DNA of 64,000 nt from Candidatus Sericytochromatia bacterium (GTDB lineage: Bacteria; Cyanobacteriota; Sericytochromatia; S15B-MN24; JAQBPE01), in contig JAYKHR010000026.1 of NCBI GenBank assembly GCA_035285125.1, positions 1-64,000 of the forward strand, given 5' to 3'. This document shows, one piece after another, positions 48,037 through 61,901 of the stretch (position 1 is its first letter; each line of letters starts with the position of its first letter). Position numbers and translations under genes: made by a program. The notes under the pieces were generated by a model. That model saw only the letters and a list, made by a program, of their open reading frames with translations, was not told the origin of the DNA and made no database searches.

Positions 48037-48729
48037 TCAGACGATGGCCTGGCGCGACCCCGCTCGCCAGGCCTCGGCCTCCCGGACGATGCGCTCGGCG
48101 AGCGCCTCGGGCACGGCCGTGCCGTCGAGCTTGAGGTGGTAGGGGATGTCGTCCACGAGAGCCTCCGTCGGGTCAGATGACCAGGCCGGATCCCAGTGGC
48201 CGTCGCGCTGGATGATGCGCCGCTGCCGCTCCCCGAGGGGCACGTCCAGGTAGACGACGAAGAAGCCGAGCCGACGGAGGTAGTCGCCCTCCAGCGGGAA
48301 GCGCATGTCATCGACGACGACGGGGCCCGGGGAGCGCAGGTGGTCTCGGCGCCAGCGCCCGATCCAGTAGCCGGGATGCCCCCAGCAATAGGCATAGCCC
48401 TCGTCGTACAGGGCCCTGTGAAGGGCCTCCACGCGCTCCGCCGGGGCGCCGGGGAAGATGTGGTCCGCGAGGGCCGACACCCGTTCGCGGCGCGCCGTCG
48501 ACAGGGGCGTGTCGATGCCCTGCCAGGCCGGCGAGCGGGCGGCGCCACCCACACGCTGCAGGACGCCGCGGTCGGTCTTCTTGTCGACAGAGCGCCCCAG
48601 CAGGAGCGTCGTGAGGTAGCGCAGCGGGTCTGCGAAGCTGAGGCGCCTGTAGCGGTGGCTGCCCGCCAGCACGTTCGCCACCGTCGTCTTGCCCGCCCCC
48701 ATGGGGCCTGCGATGCCAACCTCGACCAC
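48037..48729 (-). CDS. P-loop nucleoside-monophosphate kinase-like protein
   Basis: GPMGAGKTT, SFADPLR, VVDDMRF. Confidence 0.7.
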   Translation of the reverse strand: MVEVGIAGPMGAGKTTVANVLAGSHRYRRLSFADPLRYLTTLLLGRSVDKKTDRGVLQRVGGAARSPAWQGIDTPLSTARRERVSALADHIFPGAPAERVEALHRALYDEGYAYCWGHPGYWIGRWRRDHLRSPGPVVVDDMRFPLEGDYLRRLGFFVVYLDVPLGERQRRIIQRDGHWDPAWSSDPTEALVDDIPYHLKLDGTAVPEALAERIVREAEAWRAGSRQAIV

Positions 48730-48796
48730 GCCTGGGCCTCCTCTTCGCGATGACGCCCCATCATACTCCCCCGGGTTGACCCGGGGTAGGTGGCGG

Positions 48797-52828
<4,032 letters not shown>

Positions 52829-53092
52829 TTCGATCCCCTCGATCCAGGCATGGTGGGCATCTTCGACGGTTGCGAGGAGGCCTCCAGGCTATGCGGATCA
52901 TAGATCGCCCCCGGGCCGGTGTCTATGACGGACGCACCCGTCTGCGAGACGTTCCTGCGGTTTTTGCCGCGGCAGCGCACCCTGCGGCAAAAAATTCGGA
53001 AAACGGTAGCAAGTCTTGCCTCGGATGGGGTATAAGTTTAATGTCTGGTTAAACCTGGGCGTCGCTGCCTTAACTCGGGTGGAGGACCTTCC

Positions 53093-53395
53093 GTGCGCAA
53101 CATGATGGCTTTTGTCTGCCCTGAACTCGACACCACCTACGAGGACGCCTACAGCGAGCTCAGCGAGCACCTGGAGATGCCGGTGGCTGAGGTGGTGCGG
53201 AAGTTTCCGCCGGATGACGCCGTCGCGCGGCTCCGCTACCACCGCCGCCAGGCGCGCCGCCGCGCCGTGTTCCAGGAGCTCGCCGACGAGCTGAACGTGG
53301 ATGTGACGACGGTCTTCGCCGCCTGCTCGGTGGATGGGGCGCACATCCTGCTCGATGCCGTTCGCAGCCGGCGCGGTGCTGCCAGCCACGGCTGA
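53093..53395 (+). CDS. Small hypothetical protein with two HTH-like repeats
   Basis: GGAGG RBS before the GTG; ELSEHLEMPV and ELADELNVDV. Confidence 0.6.
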   Translation: MRNMMAFVCPELDTTYEDAYSELSEHLEMPVAEVVRKFPPDDAVARLRYHRRQARRRAVFQELADELNVDVTTVFAACSVDGAHILLDAVRSRRGAASHG

Positions 53396-53570
53396 ACGGT
53401 CGCTCCCTGGCGTCTGGTGGCCTCGCCCCGGCAACGGTCGGGGCCTTTGCGTTGGTGATGACCTCCCCCCGGGGCTGCTCGGGGGCTCGGGGTGGTGACG
53501 CTCGCGACGGCCGGGGGTGTTCCCCCCCGTGCTAGACTGAAGCGCCACCCCGCGACAGGTCAGCCTCCAG

Positions 53571-55406
53571 ATGGTCGATGTGAAGACGCCCCCCACCGCC
53601 CCCTCGCCTGCCCAGCGCCGGGCAGAGATCGCGTCGATCCTGTTCAAGCACGGTTACGACGCGCTGCTGTACCACCTGTCGCTGGCCGAGTTCCTGCCAG
53701 CCACGCTCCGAGGCCGGCTCTCGCGCTACAGCCTATCGGCTCGGAACCTCACGGACGACGGCGAGGAGGTTGAGCTCAAGCTGCCGCTGCCGCAGGTGCT
53801 GCGGACGATCTTGGAGGAACTGGGCCCCACCTTCGTGAAGCTGGGGCAGGTGATGTCGACGCGCGCGGACATCCTGCCGCCAGCCTACATCCGGGAGCTC
53901 TCCAAGCTGCAGGAGAAGGTCACGGCCATCGACTGGTCCCAGATGGAGAGCGTCCTGCTCGACGAGTGGAACGCCCGCGTTCGTGACCGGAACCTGGGTG
54001 AACCCGAGGCCACCAGCGCCCGCCAGATCTTCCACGACTTTGACCCTGTGCCTCTCGCGGCCGGCAGCATCGGGCAGGTCTACAGGGCGGTCATTGTGGA
54101 CCCTGCCTCGAAGGTACCGCAGCAGGTCATCGTGAAGCTCCAACGGCCCGGCGTGCAGGGCATCGTGGAGGCTGACTTGAAGCTCCTGCGGGAGTTCTCG
54201 CGCAACCTCTCCAAGAGCTTCGAGTGGGCCCGGTTCTACAACCTGAACGAGATTGTCGAGGAGTTCGCCGGCGTCATCAGCGGCGAGATGGACTTCGCCA
54301 GGGAGGGCACCAACACCGAGATCATCGGCGTTTCCCTCAAGAAGCACTACGCCCGGCAGGTCTCCACCCCCCGCGTGTACTGGGACTACTCCGGCCACCG
54401 AATGCTGACGCTGGAGTTCGTGGAGGGCGTCAAGATCTCCAGCCTGTTCCCGGGCTATGTGGCCCCCCCGGGGGCGCCGGCTGGCCTCGACCTCACGGTG
54501 GAGCAACGCAAGCTGCTCGCGCAGACCATCACCAACGTTTTCCTGCAGCAGATCTTCGTCGAGGGTTTCTTCCACGCGGATCCCCACCCTGGCAACATCA
54601 TGGTCCGCTGGGATCGCAAGCTGAACCGGCCGGAGCTGGTCATCATCGACTTCGGCATGGTGGGTCGACTCGACCCCCGCTCCCGCGACCTGCTGATCGA
54701 CTTCCTGCTCGCCATCGTGCAGTTCGACGCCGCCCGGGCCACCGAGCGCATCCTGGAGTACGGCCAGCCGAGCCGGAACATCGACCGCCATGCGCTCGCC
54801 ACCGAGCTGGACCACCTGCTGCGCTCGGTGCTGGGCAAGCCCATCAAGGAGGTCGAGGTCGGTCAGCTGCTGCAGCAGATCCTCAACCTGATGGTGCAGT
54901 ACCGGGTCCGCATGCCGCCCAGTTTCCTGATGATGGCCCGCGTCTTCGTGACGATCGAGGGCATCAACCGGCAGCTCGATGACGAATACATGCTCATCAA
55001 GGTGGCCGAGCCCTTCATCATGCAGACGCTGACGGACCAGTTCTTCCAGCAGCTGAACCGGCAGGAACTCGCTCGCACCGCCATCGACTGGCGCAACATC
55101 GCCGCCCGGACCCCCCGGCAGCTCGACGACATCCTGACCCAGCTCAACGCCGGGCGGCTCCGCTTCGAGTACAACATGCTGGGCCTCGACCAGCTCCAGC
55201 GGACCATTGCTGTGATCGGCAACAAGATCAGCTTCTCGCTGCTGGTCGCCTCGATGATCCTCGGGGCCGCGATTGTCATGCACGCGCCGTCCACGCACCG
55301 CCTGTTCGGCTACCCGGTGCTCAGCCTGGCCATCTTCTCCGTCTCGGCTCTGATGGCACTCTGGCTGATTGTCGCCATCATGCGCTCTGGCACCCTGCGC
55401 CAGTGA
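53571..55406 (+). CDS. ABC1/UbiB (AarF) atypical kinase
   Basis: LGPTFVKLGQ, AAGSIGQVY, VKLQRP, FFHADPHPGN, DFGMVG; C-terminal TMs. Confidence 0.93.
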   Translation: MVDVKTPPTAPSPAQRRAEIASILFKHGYDALLYHLSLAEFLPATLRGRLSRYSLSARNLTDDGEEVELKLPLPQVLRTILEELGPTFVKLGQVMSTRADILPPAYIRELSKLQEKVTAIDWSQMESVLLDEWNARVRDRNLGEPEATSARQIFHDFDPVPLAAGSIGQVYRAVIVDPASKVPQQVIVKLQRPGVQGIVEADLKLLREFSRNLSKSFEWARFYNLNEIVEEFAGVISGEMDFAREGTNTEIIGVSLKKHYARQVSTPRVYWDYSGHRMLTLEFVEGVKISSLFPGYVAPPGAPAGLDLTVEQRKLLAQTITNVFLQQIFVEGFFHADPHPGNIMVRWDRKLNRPELVIIDFGMVGRLDPRSRDLLIDFLLAIVQFDAARATERILEYGQPSRNIDRHALATELDHLLRSVLGKPIKEVEVGQLLQQILNLMVQYRVRMPPSFLMMARVFVTIEGINRQLDDEYMLIKVAEPFIMQTLTDQFFQQLNRQELARTAIDWRNIAARTPRQLDDILTQLNAGRLRFEYNMLGLDQLQRTIAVIGNKISFSLLVASMILGAAIVMHAPSTHRLFGYPVLSLAIFSVSALMALWLIVAIMRSGTLRQ

Positions 55407-55413
55407 CGCGCGG

Positions 55414-56162
55414 CTAAGCGTTCAGCGCCTGCCTGCGCTCTTCTTCTTGCCCTCGGGCTTGCCCTTGGCGGGCGGCTTGCCCTTCGCACCCTTGGCGTCG
55501 GGCTTGGCGTCGCCCTTCGCGCTGTCCTTCTTGCCGCCGAAGAGCGCCATCAGCTTCCCGAAGAAGCCGCCGCTTTCGGCCTTCTGCTGCCCGGGCGCCT
55601 GGTAGTGCTGCCGGACGATCTTGTGCTTCTTGTCTAGCTTCAGCGCCTGCTCGAAGGCCTTGTTCGCGGGCGTTTTCAGGCCCTGCTGGTGGTAGGCGAG
55701 GCCGAGGTAGGCCGGGTAATCCGCCACGGTCGGATCCAGCCGGGCGGCCTCCTTGTAATGCTGGATGCACTTAGACCAGTTCTTGGCCTTGTGGGCCACC
55801 AGCCCGGCCTCGTACTGGTTGCGGGCCTGCTTTTGACGGGCCTCGCTGACGTTGCCGTCGTCGTCGATGCTCTTCCCGGGAGTGCCTCCCCCACCCTTGG
55901 CAGCGGGAGCGCTGCTGCCCGCGAAGCCCAGCCGGCGGGCGAAGTCGTACTCGGCCCGTTCCTCTTCGTCCTTCAGGATGTTGTAAGCGTTCGTGACCTT
56001 GCTGAAGCGCGTGGTGGCCTCGTCGCGCTTGGCAGGGTCATCCGGGAACCTGTCCGGGTGCAGCTCGATCGCGAGCTTCTTATAGGCCTTACGAATCTCG
56101 TCGGAGGTTGCGGTCTCCTCGACGCCGAGCAGTTCGTAGAGGTCCTCCTCCCACAGTTCCAC
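55414..56162 (-). CDS. J-domain (DnaJ-like) + TPR protein; 3' end approximate (ORF track gives 55422)
   Basis: DLYELLGV, HPD motif, AYNIL, TPR helices, Lys-rich tail. Confidence 0.85.
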
Positions 56163-56177
56163 GTAAGCTCCTCAGAA

Positions 56178-56888
56178 TCAGGCGAGCAGGCGCCGGGCGG
56201 TGTCGATGCGGGTGGTGTAGTCGGCGGCGAAAAGCTCGTCGGGCTCGACGCGATGGGGACGAATCTCGACAACCGGTTCGAGGCAGCGGATCACGGTGCG
56301 GGTGACGGGGTGGTGAGACCACTGAAACAGTGCCTCTGGGCGCATGCGCGCAGCCTGACTCCAGTAGCGCTGCGCCGCGCGGTAGTAGTCGAGGCCGTCT
56401 GCGTCTTCGAGGGCGGCGCAACAGTGGCCCGCAAGTTCGAAGGCGATGCCCAGGCAAGCCATCTCTCCGTTATCTACCCGGTCGAGCCCCCGGATACTCC
56501 GGATGGCCTCCTCCACGAACAGCAGCGCCCGGCGCACCGCCGCCCGGCTCGTGCGGTGCCTGCCCGAGCGGTGGTAGAGCGCCCCCGCACGCAGGAGGTC
56601 GAAGATGACCTGGTGGAAGGTGCCAAAGCCTGGGAAGTGGTAGTCGAGCAGTTCGTCGCCCGTGAGGTCCAGGCCGAGCTTGTGCTGAGCGAGGATTTCC
56701 AGACAGCGCGCCGCGGCGTAATGCTGGCCAAGGTCGACGAGGTGGGTCACCAGGAGGGTCACTTCGGTCTCGGAGCGTCCCACCGCCGCCAGAATCGCCT
56801 CGCCCAGGTCCTTCGGGCTCGTGACATCGACTGGGCGACCGTCCACACCAGGCACCCAAAGCTGAAAGGAGTCATCGCGGCCAGTCAT
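56178..56888 (-). CDS. Hypothetical protein
   Basis: AGGAG RBS; natural composition; co-oriented with neighbours. Confidence 0.6.
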   Translation of the reverse strand: MTGRDDSFQLWVPGVDGRPVDVTSPKDLGEAILAAVGRSETEVTLLVTHLVDLGQHYAAARCLEILAQHKLGLDLTGDELLDYHFPGFGTFHQVIFDLLRAGALYHRSGRHRTSRAAVRRALLFVEEAIRSIRGLDRVDNGEMACLGIAFELAGHCCAALEDADGLDYYRAAQRYWSQAARMRPEALFQWSHHPVTRTVIRCLEPVVEIRPHRVEPDELFAADYTTRIDTARRLLA

Positions 56889-56964
56889 GCCATCACGTCT
56901 CCTGGCCCACGCCAATCGCGCGTATCCTGGCGCACGATGCGCCTGCATACCTCATACCCATCGC

Positions 56965-57561
56965 TCACACCTTCCCTGACAGCCGGAAAACCTTGTCGAC
57001 ATAAGAGCCCTGCTCACCCGTCAGCGGCCGCCCTGCCTTTACCTGCCGGGTGACGGTGCCGACGCCTGCCAGGTAGGATGCCAGGGTCAGCTCCCACCGC
57101 TGGGGGTGGGCCTGCCACACCCTGGCGAGCCAGGCCACATACCGCGCGGTGCCGGCGATGTTCTGCTCGGGGTCGAAGGGGTCCGACACCCCCATGTCCC
57201 GTGCCGTCGCCGGCATCAGCTGGCCCAACCCCTGCGCACCCACGGGAGACACGGCGCGGGGGTTGAAGCTGGACTCCGTGGCGATGAGGGAGGCCACCAG
57301 GTGCACCGGCAGCCCCTGCGTCCTCGCGTGTCGTGTGATGGCTTCGGCTTGCTGCCGCGCGTCGCCAGGCGCGAGGAAGGGGTTGGTGGCGAGGATGAAG
57401 GCGACCAGCCTGTCCTCGGAGATGGTGCCCCGGTCGGGCAGGAACGCCGTCGAGCGGGGCGAGGCGGCCGGCTCGTCCGCGTACCTCGCGACGCGGCCCA
57501 GGCAGCCGCTGGTGCTGAAGGCGAAGAGGGAGACGAGGAGCAGGGCGTGGACGCGCGACAT
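56965..57561 (-). CDS. Lytic transglycosylase (SLT domain), probable lipoprotein
   Basis: TESSFNPRAVS, GAQGLGQLMP, NIAG. Confidence 0.9.
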   Translation of the reverse strand: MSRVHALLLVSLFAFSTSGCLGRVARYADEPAASPRSTAFLPDRGTISEDRLVAFILATNPFLAPGDARQQAEAITRHARTQGLPVHLVASLIATESSFNPRAVSPVGAQGLGQLMPATARDMGVSDPFDPEQNIAGTARYVAWLARVWQAHPQRWELTLASYLAGVGTVTRQVKAGRPLTGEQGSYVDKVFRLSGKV

Positions 57562-57608
57562 GTCGGGTATAGCCTACGATGGAGCCCCTCTCCGGGCCGT
57601 GCCAGCAG

Positions 57609-58961
57609 TCACGCCCCCGTCTCGCCCGAGGCCATCCCATGCTCGACCGCATCCGCAGCTTCGTGCTCGACCACCCCGGCGCCACCAACTTTGCCGTGGC
57701 GGCCGAATTCGGCCTCACCAGGGCGATGGCCGACCGGTACCTGGAGTGGCTCGAGGACGCTGGCGTCGTTCACCTCGACAGGCCGGCGGAGGTCTGCACC
57801 GGCTGCGGGCCGCGGCCGAGCGCTGGGGGGGCGGGGGCTTGCGCCACCACGGGGGCGGCTGCCCGGCTCAACGCCCGGGCCGACGCCCTCCGGGCGGGGC
57901 GGGGCTCCGCTGGTCAGCCAGCGGTATAGCCACTGCTCCGGGTCAGGCGCCAGTGCCACCTGCTCCCGGAAGAACCTGACGGTCGCAGGAAGCTGCCCCC
58001 CCAGGCGGGCGTGGGCCGCCTCGAAGCGGTCGAGCCGCTGGTGGTAGGTGCGGTATGCCGCGACGGTCGCGTTGTTGAAACGGCCCTGGCCGAAGTGCCT
58101 GTACTGGTGGCTCCTCAGCTTCGGGCGGTAGCTGGCCTCGAACTCCGCGCGGGCAGCCTCGAAAACCTGCTCGCGTGCTTGTTGGACCTCCGTCGGCACC
58201 CTTCCGGAGGCGTAGAGGGCCTCCAGGCGCTGCGCCAGGACCTCGATGAAGCCCGTGAACAGCCTGGCGTCATGGCGCACAGCCCGGGCCACGGCGAGAT
58301 CCGGATCCCCCTCGCCCCCCCGCGCCCGGAAGAACGCCTGGGCTCCCTCCTCGCCCACGAAGGTGGCGAAGCCCTCGTTGAAGCTCGCCTGACCAGGCAG
58401 GAAGAGGGTGGCGTGGGTGGTCTCGTGGATGACGACGTTTACCAGGTTCGCTGGCTCCATCGCGACGAAGGGCGAGTAGATGGGGTCCGGCGCCCACCCC
58501 AGCAGGCTGAAGGCCGCCACCCCGCGCACGGTGGTGTCGAGGCCCTGGGCCTCCAGGGCTGCCTGCTCGGCCAGCGCGTCGGCGCGGGCGAAGTAGCCCT
58601 TGTAGGGAACGTGGCCGACAATGGGAAACCACCACTGGTGGGGCGCCAGGCTGTCCGGGGGGGCTGCGCTCACGACGTAGGAGACGGCGTCGCGATCCAG
58701 CGTCACGAGGTGCTCGTAGTTGCGCGTCCGGGCCAGGCCGACGGCGTCCTCGGCAAAGGCCTTGGCCGCCCGCACGAGCTGCAGGGCGCGGCGGGTTTGG
58801 GCAGAGGTCTCCGGGCGCGCGAGCACCGCCTCGACGGGCTCGCGCCGACGCAGGAGCTCCATCTGGCCCAGCCCTTGCTGCACCACATAGCACCCCCCGA
58901 GGGCCAAGGGGGCAAGCAGGATGAGCGCGGCGTGGCGCAGCGGGCGGAGCGGCTCGGCCAT
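57609..58961 (-). CDS. Putative zinc aminopeptidase (DUF2265-like), lipoprotein; C-terminal tail doubtful
   Basis: [34 protein letters not shown]. Confidence 0.85.
   Translation of the reverse strand: MAEPLRPLRHAALILLAPLALGGCYVVQQGLGQMELLRRREPVEAVLARPETSAQTRRALQLVRAAKAFAEDAVGLARTRNYEHLVTLDRDAVSYVVSAAPPDSLAPHQWWFPIVGHVPYKGYFARADALAEQAALEAQGLDTTVRGVAAFSLLGWAPDPIYSPFVAMEPANLVNVVIHETTHATLFLPGQASFNEGFATFVGEEGAQAFFRARGGEGDPDLAVARAVRHDARLFTGFIEVLAQRLEALYASGRVPTEVQQAREQVFEAARAEFEASYRPKLRSHQYRHFGQGRFNNATVAAYRTYHQRLDRFEAAHARLGGQLPATVRFFREQVALAPDPEQWLYRWLTSGAPPRPEGVGPGVEPGSRPRGGASPRPPSARPRPAAGADLRRPVEVNDASVLEPLQVPVGHRPGEAEFGRHGKVGGAGVVEHEAADAVEHGMASGETGA
57639..57929 (+). CDS. FeoC-like winged-helix protein with Cys motif
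   Basis: [27 protein letters not shown] followed by CTGC...C. Confidence 0.55.
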   Translation: MLDRIRSFVLDHPGATNFAVAAEFGLTRAMADRYLEWLEDAGVVHLDRPAEVCTGCGPRPSAGGAGACATTGAAARLNARADALRAGRGSAGQPAV

Positions 58962-59044
58962 GGGCGTCGGTCCGGACGTGGGGCAGCGGTCCGCATGGTA
59001 GCATGGTCCTCCTTGCGCCCCGCCGGCCGTCTTCGGAGGTACCT

Positions 59045-60361
59045 ATGGCAGCCTCGTCCGAGGTCACTCTCGCCACCATCAGCTCCCTCTCAGCCCACGT
59101 CGGGCAGGAGGTTGAGCTGCGAGGTTGGCTCTACAACAAGCGTTCCAGCGGTAAGATCCAGTTTCTCATTCTCCGGGACGGCACCGGGACGGTGCAGGCC
59201 GTCGTTGTGAAAAAGGACGTGACCGAAGCCGTCTGGGACGCCGCCAGCGCGCTGACGCAGGAGAGCTCGTTCCGGCTGAGGGGGCTCGTCCGCGCCGATG
59301 ACCGGGCCCCGGGTGGCTTCGAACTGACGGCGACTGGCGTGGTGCCCGTCCACGTGGTGGAGGGCGAGTACCCCATCTCCCACAAGGAGCATGGCGTGGA
59401 CTTCCTGATGAGCCACCGCCACCTGTGGCTGCGGACCCCCCGGCAGGCCGCCATCTTGCGCATCCGGCACACCATCATCCAGGCGATGCGGGGGTACCTG
59501 GACAGCCAGGGCTTCACGCTCGTGGACTCCCCGATCCTCACGCCCGCGGCCTGCGAGGGCACCTCCACGCTGTTCGAGACGGACTACTTCGGGGACCCCG
59601 CGTTCCTCTCGCAGAGCGGCCAGCTTTACAACGAGGCGCACGCGATGGCCCTGGGCAAGGTCTACTGCTTCGGCCCGACCTTCCGGGCCGAGAAGTCCAA
59701 GACCCGCCGGCACCTGATGGAGTTCTGGATGCTGGAGCCCGAGATGGCTTACGTCGACCTCTGGGGCAACCTCGAGGTCCAGGAGCAGCTCGTGTCGCAC
59801 GTCGTGCAGACGGTGCTCGCACGCCACCGCCAGGAGCTTGTCGAGCTCCTCGGCCGGGACGTCACGGCCCTCGAGAAGGTGCAGGCGCCCTTTCCGCGCA
59901 TCACCTACGACGAGGCCCTGCGCATCCTGGCCGAGAAGGGCCAGCAGGTGGCCTGGGGTGACGATTTCGGCGCCCCAGACGAGACGGCGCTCGCGGACCA
60001 CTTCGAGCGGCCCGTCTTCGTGACGCACTACCCGGCGGCGTGCAAGGCCTTCTATATGAAGCCCGATCCCGCCCGGGAGGAAGTCGTGCTGTGCGCCGAC
60101 CTGCTGGCACCGGAAGGCTACGGCGAGATCATCGGGGGCTCGCAGCGCATCGACGACTACGACCAGCTGGTGCAGAAAATGGCGGAGCACGACGTCCCCA
60201 CGGGGCCGCTGGAGTGGTACCTGGACCTGCGGCGCTACGGCTCCGTCCCCCACAGCGGCTTCGGGATCGGCCTGGAACGCACCGTGGCCTGGATCTGCGG
60301 CCTCGACCACGTGCGAGAGACCATCCCCTTCGCGCGCATGCTGACCCGCATCTACCCGTGA
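59045..60361 (+). CDS. asnS: Asparagine--tRNA ligase
   Basis: [53 protein letters not shown]. Confidence 0.95.
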   Translation: MAASSEVTLATISSLSAHVGQEVELRGWLYNKRSSGKIQFLILRDGTGTVQAVVVKKDVTEAVWDAASALTQESSFRLRGLVRADDRAPGGFELTATGVVPVHVVEGEYPISHKEHGVDFLMSHRHLWLRTPRQAAILRIRHTIIQAMRGYLDSQGFTLVDSPILTPAACEGTSTLFETDYFGDPAFLSQSGQLYNEAHAMALGKVYCFGPTFRAEKSKTRRHLMEFWMLEPEMAYVDLWGNLEVQEQLVSHVVQTVLARHRQELVELLGRDVTALEKVQAPFPRITYDEALRILAEKGQQVAWGDDFGAPDETALADHFERPVFVTHYPAACKAFYMKPDPAREEVVLCADLLAPEGYGEIIGGSQRIDDYDQLVQKMAEHDVPTGPLEWYLDLRRYGSVPHSGFGIGLERTVAWICGLDHVRETIPFARMLTRIYP

Positions 60362-60566
60362 CCTTCGGAGGTGGCGTGCGTCACATCGACCAGCGCGGCC
60401 AGGCCACTATGATGAGGGCCCCCGGGCCTTCCGGGGGTTATGATGTGGGCGGGGCGCCCTGCGTGGGCGGCAAACCCCGTCCCACCTGGGTATAACGCCC
60501 CTGACATCCCTCGCATGCGAGGGTGGGTGTGCCGGACGGTGGGTTGTCTACCACCTTCCGCGGAGG

Positions 60567-61862
60567 ATGCCTGTCTTGGCCTGGAACAAGCTCATTGCGG
60601 GGTGTGTGCTGGGGGTCCTGGGGGCCCTGTGGGGGGCGGCAGCCCCGGCCGCTGTGGCCTACCCTGCCCCGCCAGGAATCAAGGCCGCCGCCGCCATCGT
60701 CATCGATGCGGACTCCGGCCAGGTGCTCTTCGAGCGGAACGCGCACCAGCGGCGCGCCCCGGCCAGCACCACCAAGATCATGACCAGCCTGCTGGCCGTC
60801 GAGAGCGGCCGGCTCGACGAGTACGTGACCATCAGCAAGCGGGCCGCCTCGATTGGGGAGTCGACCATCTACCTCAAGGAGGGCGAGCGCCTGAAGCTGC
60901 GCGAGCTGGTCTATGGCGTGCTGCTGAGCTCCGGCAATGACGCCAGCACGGCCGTCGCAGAGTTCCTCGGCGGCACGGAGGCCGACTTCGTCGACCTCAT
61001 GAACCGTCGGGCGCTGGCGCTCGGGCTGCGCGACACCCACTTCAACAACCCGCATGGGCTGCCCTCCGAGGGGCACTTCTCGTCCGCCCACGACCTCGCG
61101 ATGATGCTTCGGGAGGCGTCGCAGTACCACGAGTGGAACGACATCGCCCAGACCAAGGTCAAGCGGATCCCGGGCTTTGGCAAGCCGGACGGCCGCGTGC
61201 TCCGCAACCACAACAAGCTGCTGTGGAACTATGCCTTCGCCACTGGCGGCAAGACGGGCTACACCGTCGCCGCCGGGCGGTGCTTCGTGGGGAGTGCGCG
61301 GCGGGGTGGCCGCCACGTCATCCAGTCGACGATGGCCTCCAAGGACCTCTGGGCTGATTCCCAGGGCCTGTTGTCCTACGGCCTTGAGCGGTTCGAGAAC
61401 GTGGCGGTGGCCCGCAAGGGCGAGATCGTCGGGACTGTGCCGATCCAGGCGGGGCACACCCGCATGGTGGAGGTCATCGCGCCCCGAGACGTCACCGTGA
61501 GCCTGCCCTTGGGGCAAGCCGACCGGGTGGCGCTCCAGCAGGTGTGGCAGCTCCCCGACGAGCTCGTCGCGCCTGTGAACCAGAACCAGCCGGTGGGCCA
61601 GCTCATCGTCCGGCAGGGGGAGCGCGTGCTTCAGACCGTGCCGCTCGTGGCTGCCGCGACCGTCCCCGTGGCCGCGACGCCCTGGGGCACCCTGACCTCC
61701 TGGGTCTTTCCCGGCATGGTGACGGCCTCGCTGCTCTCCCTCGTGCGACTCAAGGCCTGGCGCCGCCGCCGCACGCGCCGTGTGCCGCCGCCCTTCGTCC
61801 CCCAGGGCTCGGCGCAGAAGCGCAACCCGGTCAAGCGGCGCAGGTTCCCTTACGCGTCGTGA
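60567..61862 (+). CDS. D-alanyl-D-alanine carboxypeptidase (S11, PBP5/DacB-like)
   Basis: ASTTK (SxxK), SGN, NPHGL, KTG; C-terminal anchor. Confidence 0.92.
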   Translation: MPVLAWNKLIAGCVLGVLGALWGAAAPAAVAYPAPPGIKAAAAIVIDADSGQVLFERNAHQRRAPASTTKIMTSLLAVESGRLDEYVTISKRAASIGESTIYLKEGERLKLRELVYGVLLSSGNDASTAVAEFLGGTEADFVDLMNRRALALGLRDTHFNNPHGLPSEGHFSSAHDLAMMLREASQYHEWNDIAQTKVKRIPGFGKPDGRVLRNHNKLLWNYAFATGGKTGYTVAAGRCFVGSARRGGRHVIQSTMASKDLWADSQGLLSYGLERFENVAVARKGEIVGTVPIQAGHTRMVEVIAPRDVTVSLPLGQADRVALQQVWQLPDELVAPVNQNQPVGQLIVRQGERVLQTVPLVAAATVPVAATPWGTLTSWVFPGMVTASLLSLVRLKAWRRRRTRRVPPPFVPQGSAQKRNPVKRRRFPYAS

Positions 61863-61868
61863 ACACCC

Positions 61869-61896
61869 AGAGGCGGCCCCGGCAGGGGCCGCCTCT
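61869..61896. terminator. Hairpin between convergent genes
   Basis: AGAGGCGGCCCC-GGCA-GGGGCCGCCTCT, perfect 12-bp stem. Confidence 0.75.
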
Positions 61897-61901
61897 TTCC
61901 T

